DNA from: Mobula hypostoma
Taxonomy: Eukaryota
DNA length: 64,000 nt
NCBI RefSeq assembly: GCF_963921235.1
Contig: NC_086097.1
Coordinates: 209,314,001 to 209,378,000 of the forward strand
Direction: 5' to 3'
Numbering within the stretch: position 1 is the first letter of the stretch; each line of letters begins with the position of its first letter. Under the pieces are notes generated by a model that made no database searches, was not told the origin of the DNA, and worked only from the letters and a program-made list of their open reading frames with translations. Positions 62,719 through 64,000 of the stretch are shown one piece after another. Both the position numbers and the translations under genes were made by a program.

Positions 62719-64000
62719 CAGGCGTCCCCCGCTTTTCGAACGTTCACTTTACGAAACCTCACTGTTACAAAAGACCTACATTAGTACCCTGTTTTCACTT
62801 TCAGAAGGAGTTTTCACTGTTATGAAAAAAAATTCAGCGCACGATAAAAGGTAGAGCGCGCCCCGAGCAGCCGCTCTCCCCCGGATTTGTAACGGCATTC
62901 TCACCAGCATTGCTGAAACATGTGTCTGTGAGCAGCGGTTTGCAAGATGAGTTCTAAGGTGTCGGAAAAGCCTGAAAGAGCTCGTAAGGGTGTTACATTT
63001 ACGGTAAAACTAGACATAATTAAGCGTTTTGATCGTGGTGAACGAAGTAAGGACAACGTGAGTTTGGCTTGTGGAAGATGACGAACATGATGTTGAAGAG
63101 GTTTTGGCATCCCATCACCAAGAACTGACAAATGAAGAGCTGATGCAATTGGAAGAAAAAAGGATAACAATCGAAACCGAATGAGTAATGATAAAGTATG
63201 ACTTTAATTTTGTAAGGGTACGTCGGTTTAGGAGATATTTGCAGGATGGTTTAAGTCCTTATTAAAGAACTGTGTGATAGAAAAATGCGCGAGGCTCAGC
63301 AGTCAAGCAAGCCTTCCACATCAGCCACAGCAGACGACAAACCTCGACCCTCGATATCGAGGTGGGCAGAGATAGAAGAAGATGAGCTGCCTGCTCTAAT
63401 GGAAAGAGACGACGAGATGACACCCCAGTGTCCCACCACCCCAGTCCCCAAGCCACGGACAGATACCGATTCACGGAAAATGCAATGGTAGCCGGGACGC
63501 ACACAGCACATCTCTAAGAACAAAGCCGAAATAGACATGCTAATTGATTAGGTACCACCAACACGTAATTGTTGGCCCAGATCAGAGACGACGCAATCGG
63601 AAATTGGCACTGATCTGGGCCGACAATTACGTGTCGAGCAGCACCTAATTAATTAGCTTGTTTATTTCGGCTTTTTTTCTTAAAGATGTGCTGTGTGCCT
63701 CCCAGCTACCGCTGGACCCCTGCGTGCTTCGTGGCAATGTATCGCTCAGCAGCCTGGAGGGTGGGGGCCACTGCACCACCCAAACTCCGACTCAGCCTAA
63801 CACACCATCATCAGTGTGCTCGGCGCTGTCCCAATTCCGGTAAGTGATATTACACTGTACATACATTATTTCTACTTTATATCAGCTGTGTATTTTTACA
63901 TGTTATTTGGTATGATTTGGCAGTTTCATAGCTTAAAGGTTACTGGAGAGAGTGTTCTAGCCAACAGCGCTTGCGTGAGATTTTCTGCCGACAGCGCTTG
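62719..64000 (+). mobile_element. Tigger/pogo-type (Tc1-mariner) non-autonomous DNA transposon, running off the window
   Basis: TA|CAGGCGTCCCCCGC start. ATG at 62947 opens MSSKVSEKPERARKGVTFTVKLDIIKRFDRGE (CENP-B/psq HTH), which is joined to the C-terminal VEEVLASHHQELTNEELMQLE segment. The DDE domain is absent. Confidence 0.88.
63442..63773. mobile_element. Palindromic hAT-type MITE nested in the Tigger element
   Basis: 8-bp TSD CACCACCC (63434-63441 and 63774-63781), ends CAGTCCCCAAGCC / GGGTGGGGGCCACTG, and long inverted arms around 63585-63609. Confidence 0.75.

Noticed and set aside
59292..64000. Further host exons downstream of exon F
   Set aside because: No phase-1 acceptor followed by a PLAT-like frame was recognised; the gene probably continues beyond the window, and a short exon could have been missed by eye.

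Overview
Eukaryotic, repeat-dense vertebrate DNA. The repeat families point to a cartilaginous fish, most likely a ray; this is inferred, not confirmed. The whole window lies inside one + strand host gene that the ORF track largely misses. Six short exons (4336-4499, 39892-40111, 42251-42405, 50155-50233, 58937-59018, 59236-59291) have canonical AG/GT sites and matching phases. They splice into a stop-free 756-nt frame encoding two tandem PLAT/LH2 domains, most like the long PLAT-extended form of RP1 (LOXHD1-like). The introns, including one of about 35 kb, hold nested, decayed mobile elements: Gypsy, L1/Tx1, many CR1, Rex1/Babar, RTE, an R4/Dong RLE element, Penelope, hAT and Tigger, plus a 49-bp minisatellite. 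The most interesting signals are: (1) small Penelope-derived fold-back elements with 13-14 bp target duplications, one carrying an intact minimal hammerhead ribozyme in host-sense orientation with its own antisense arm; (2) hAT and Tigger elements carrying pieces of each other; (3) an apparent repeat-guided templated insertion of about 310 bp; (4) several bipartite non-autonomous LINE derivatives. No prokaryotic features, CRISPR array, rRNA or tRNA gene was found. All family calls come from motif recognition, not database searches, and many repeat boundaries are approximate.
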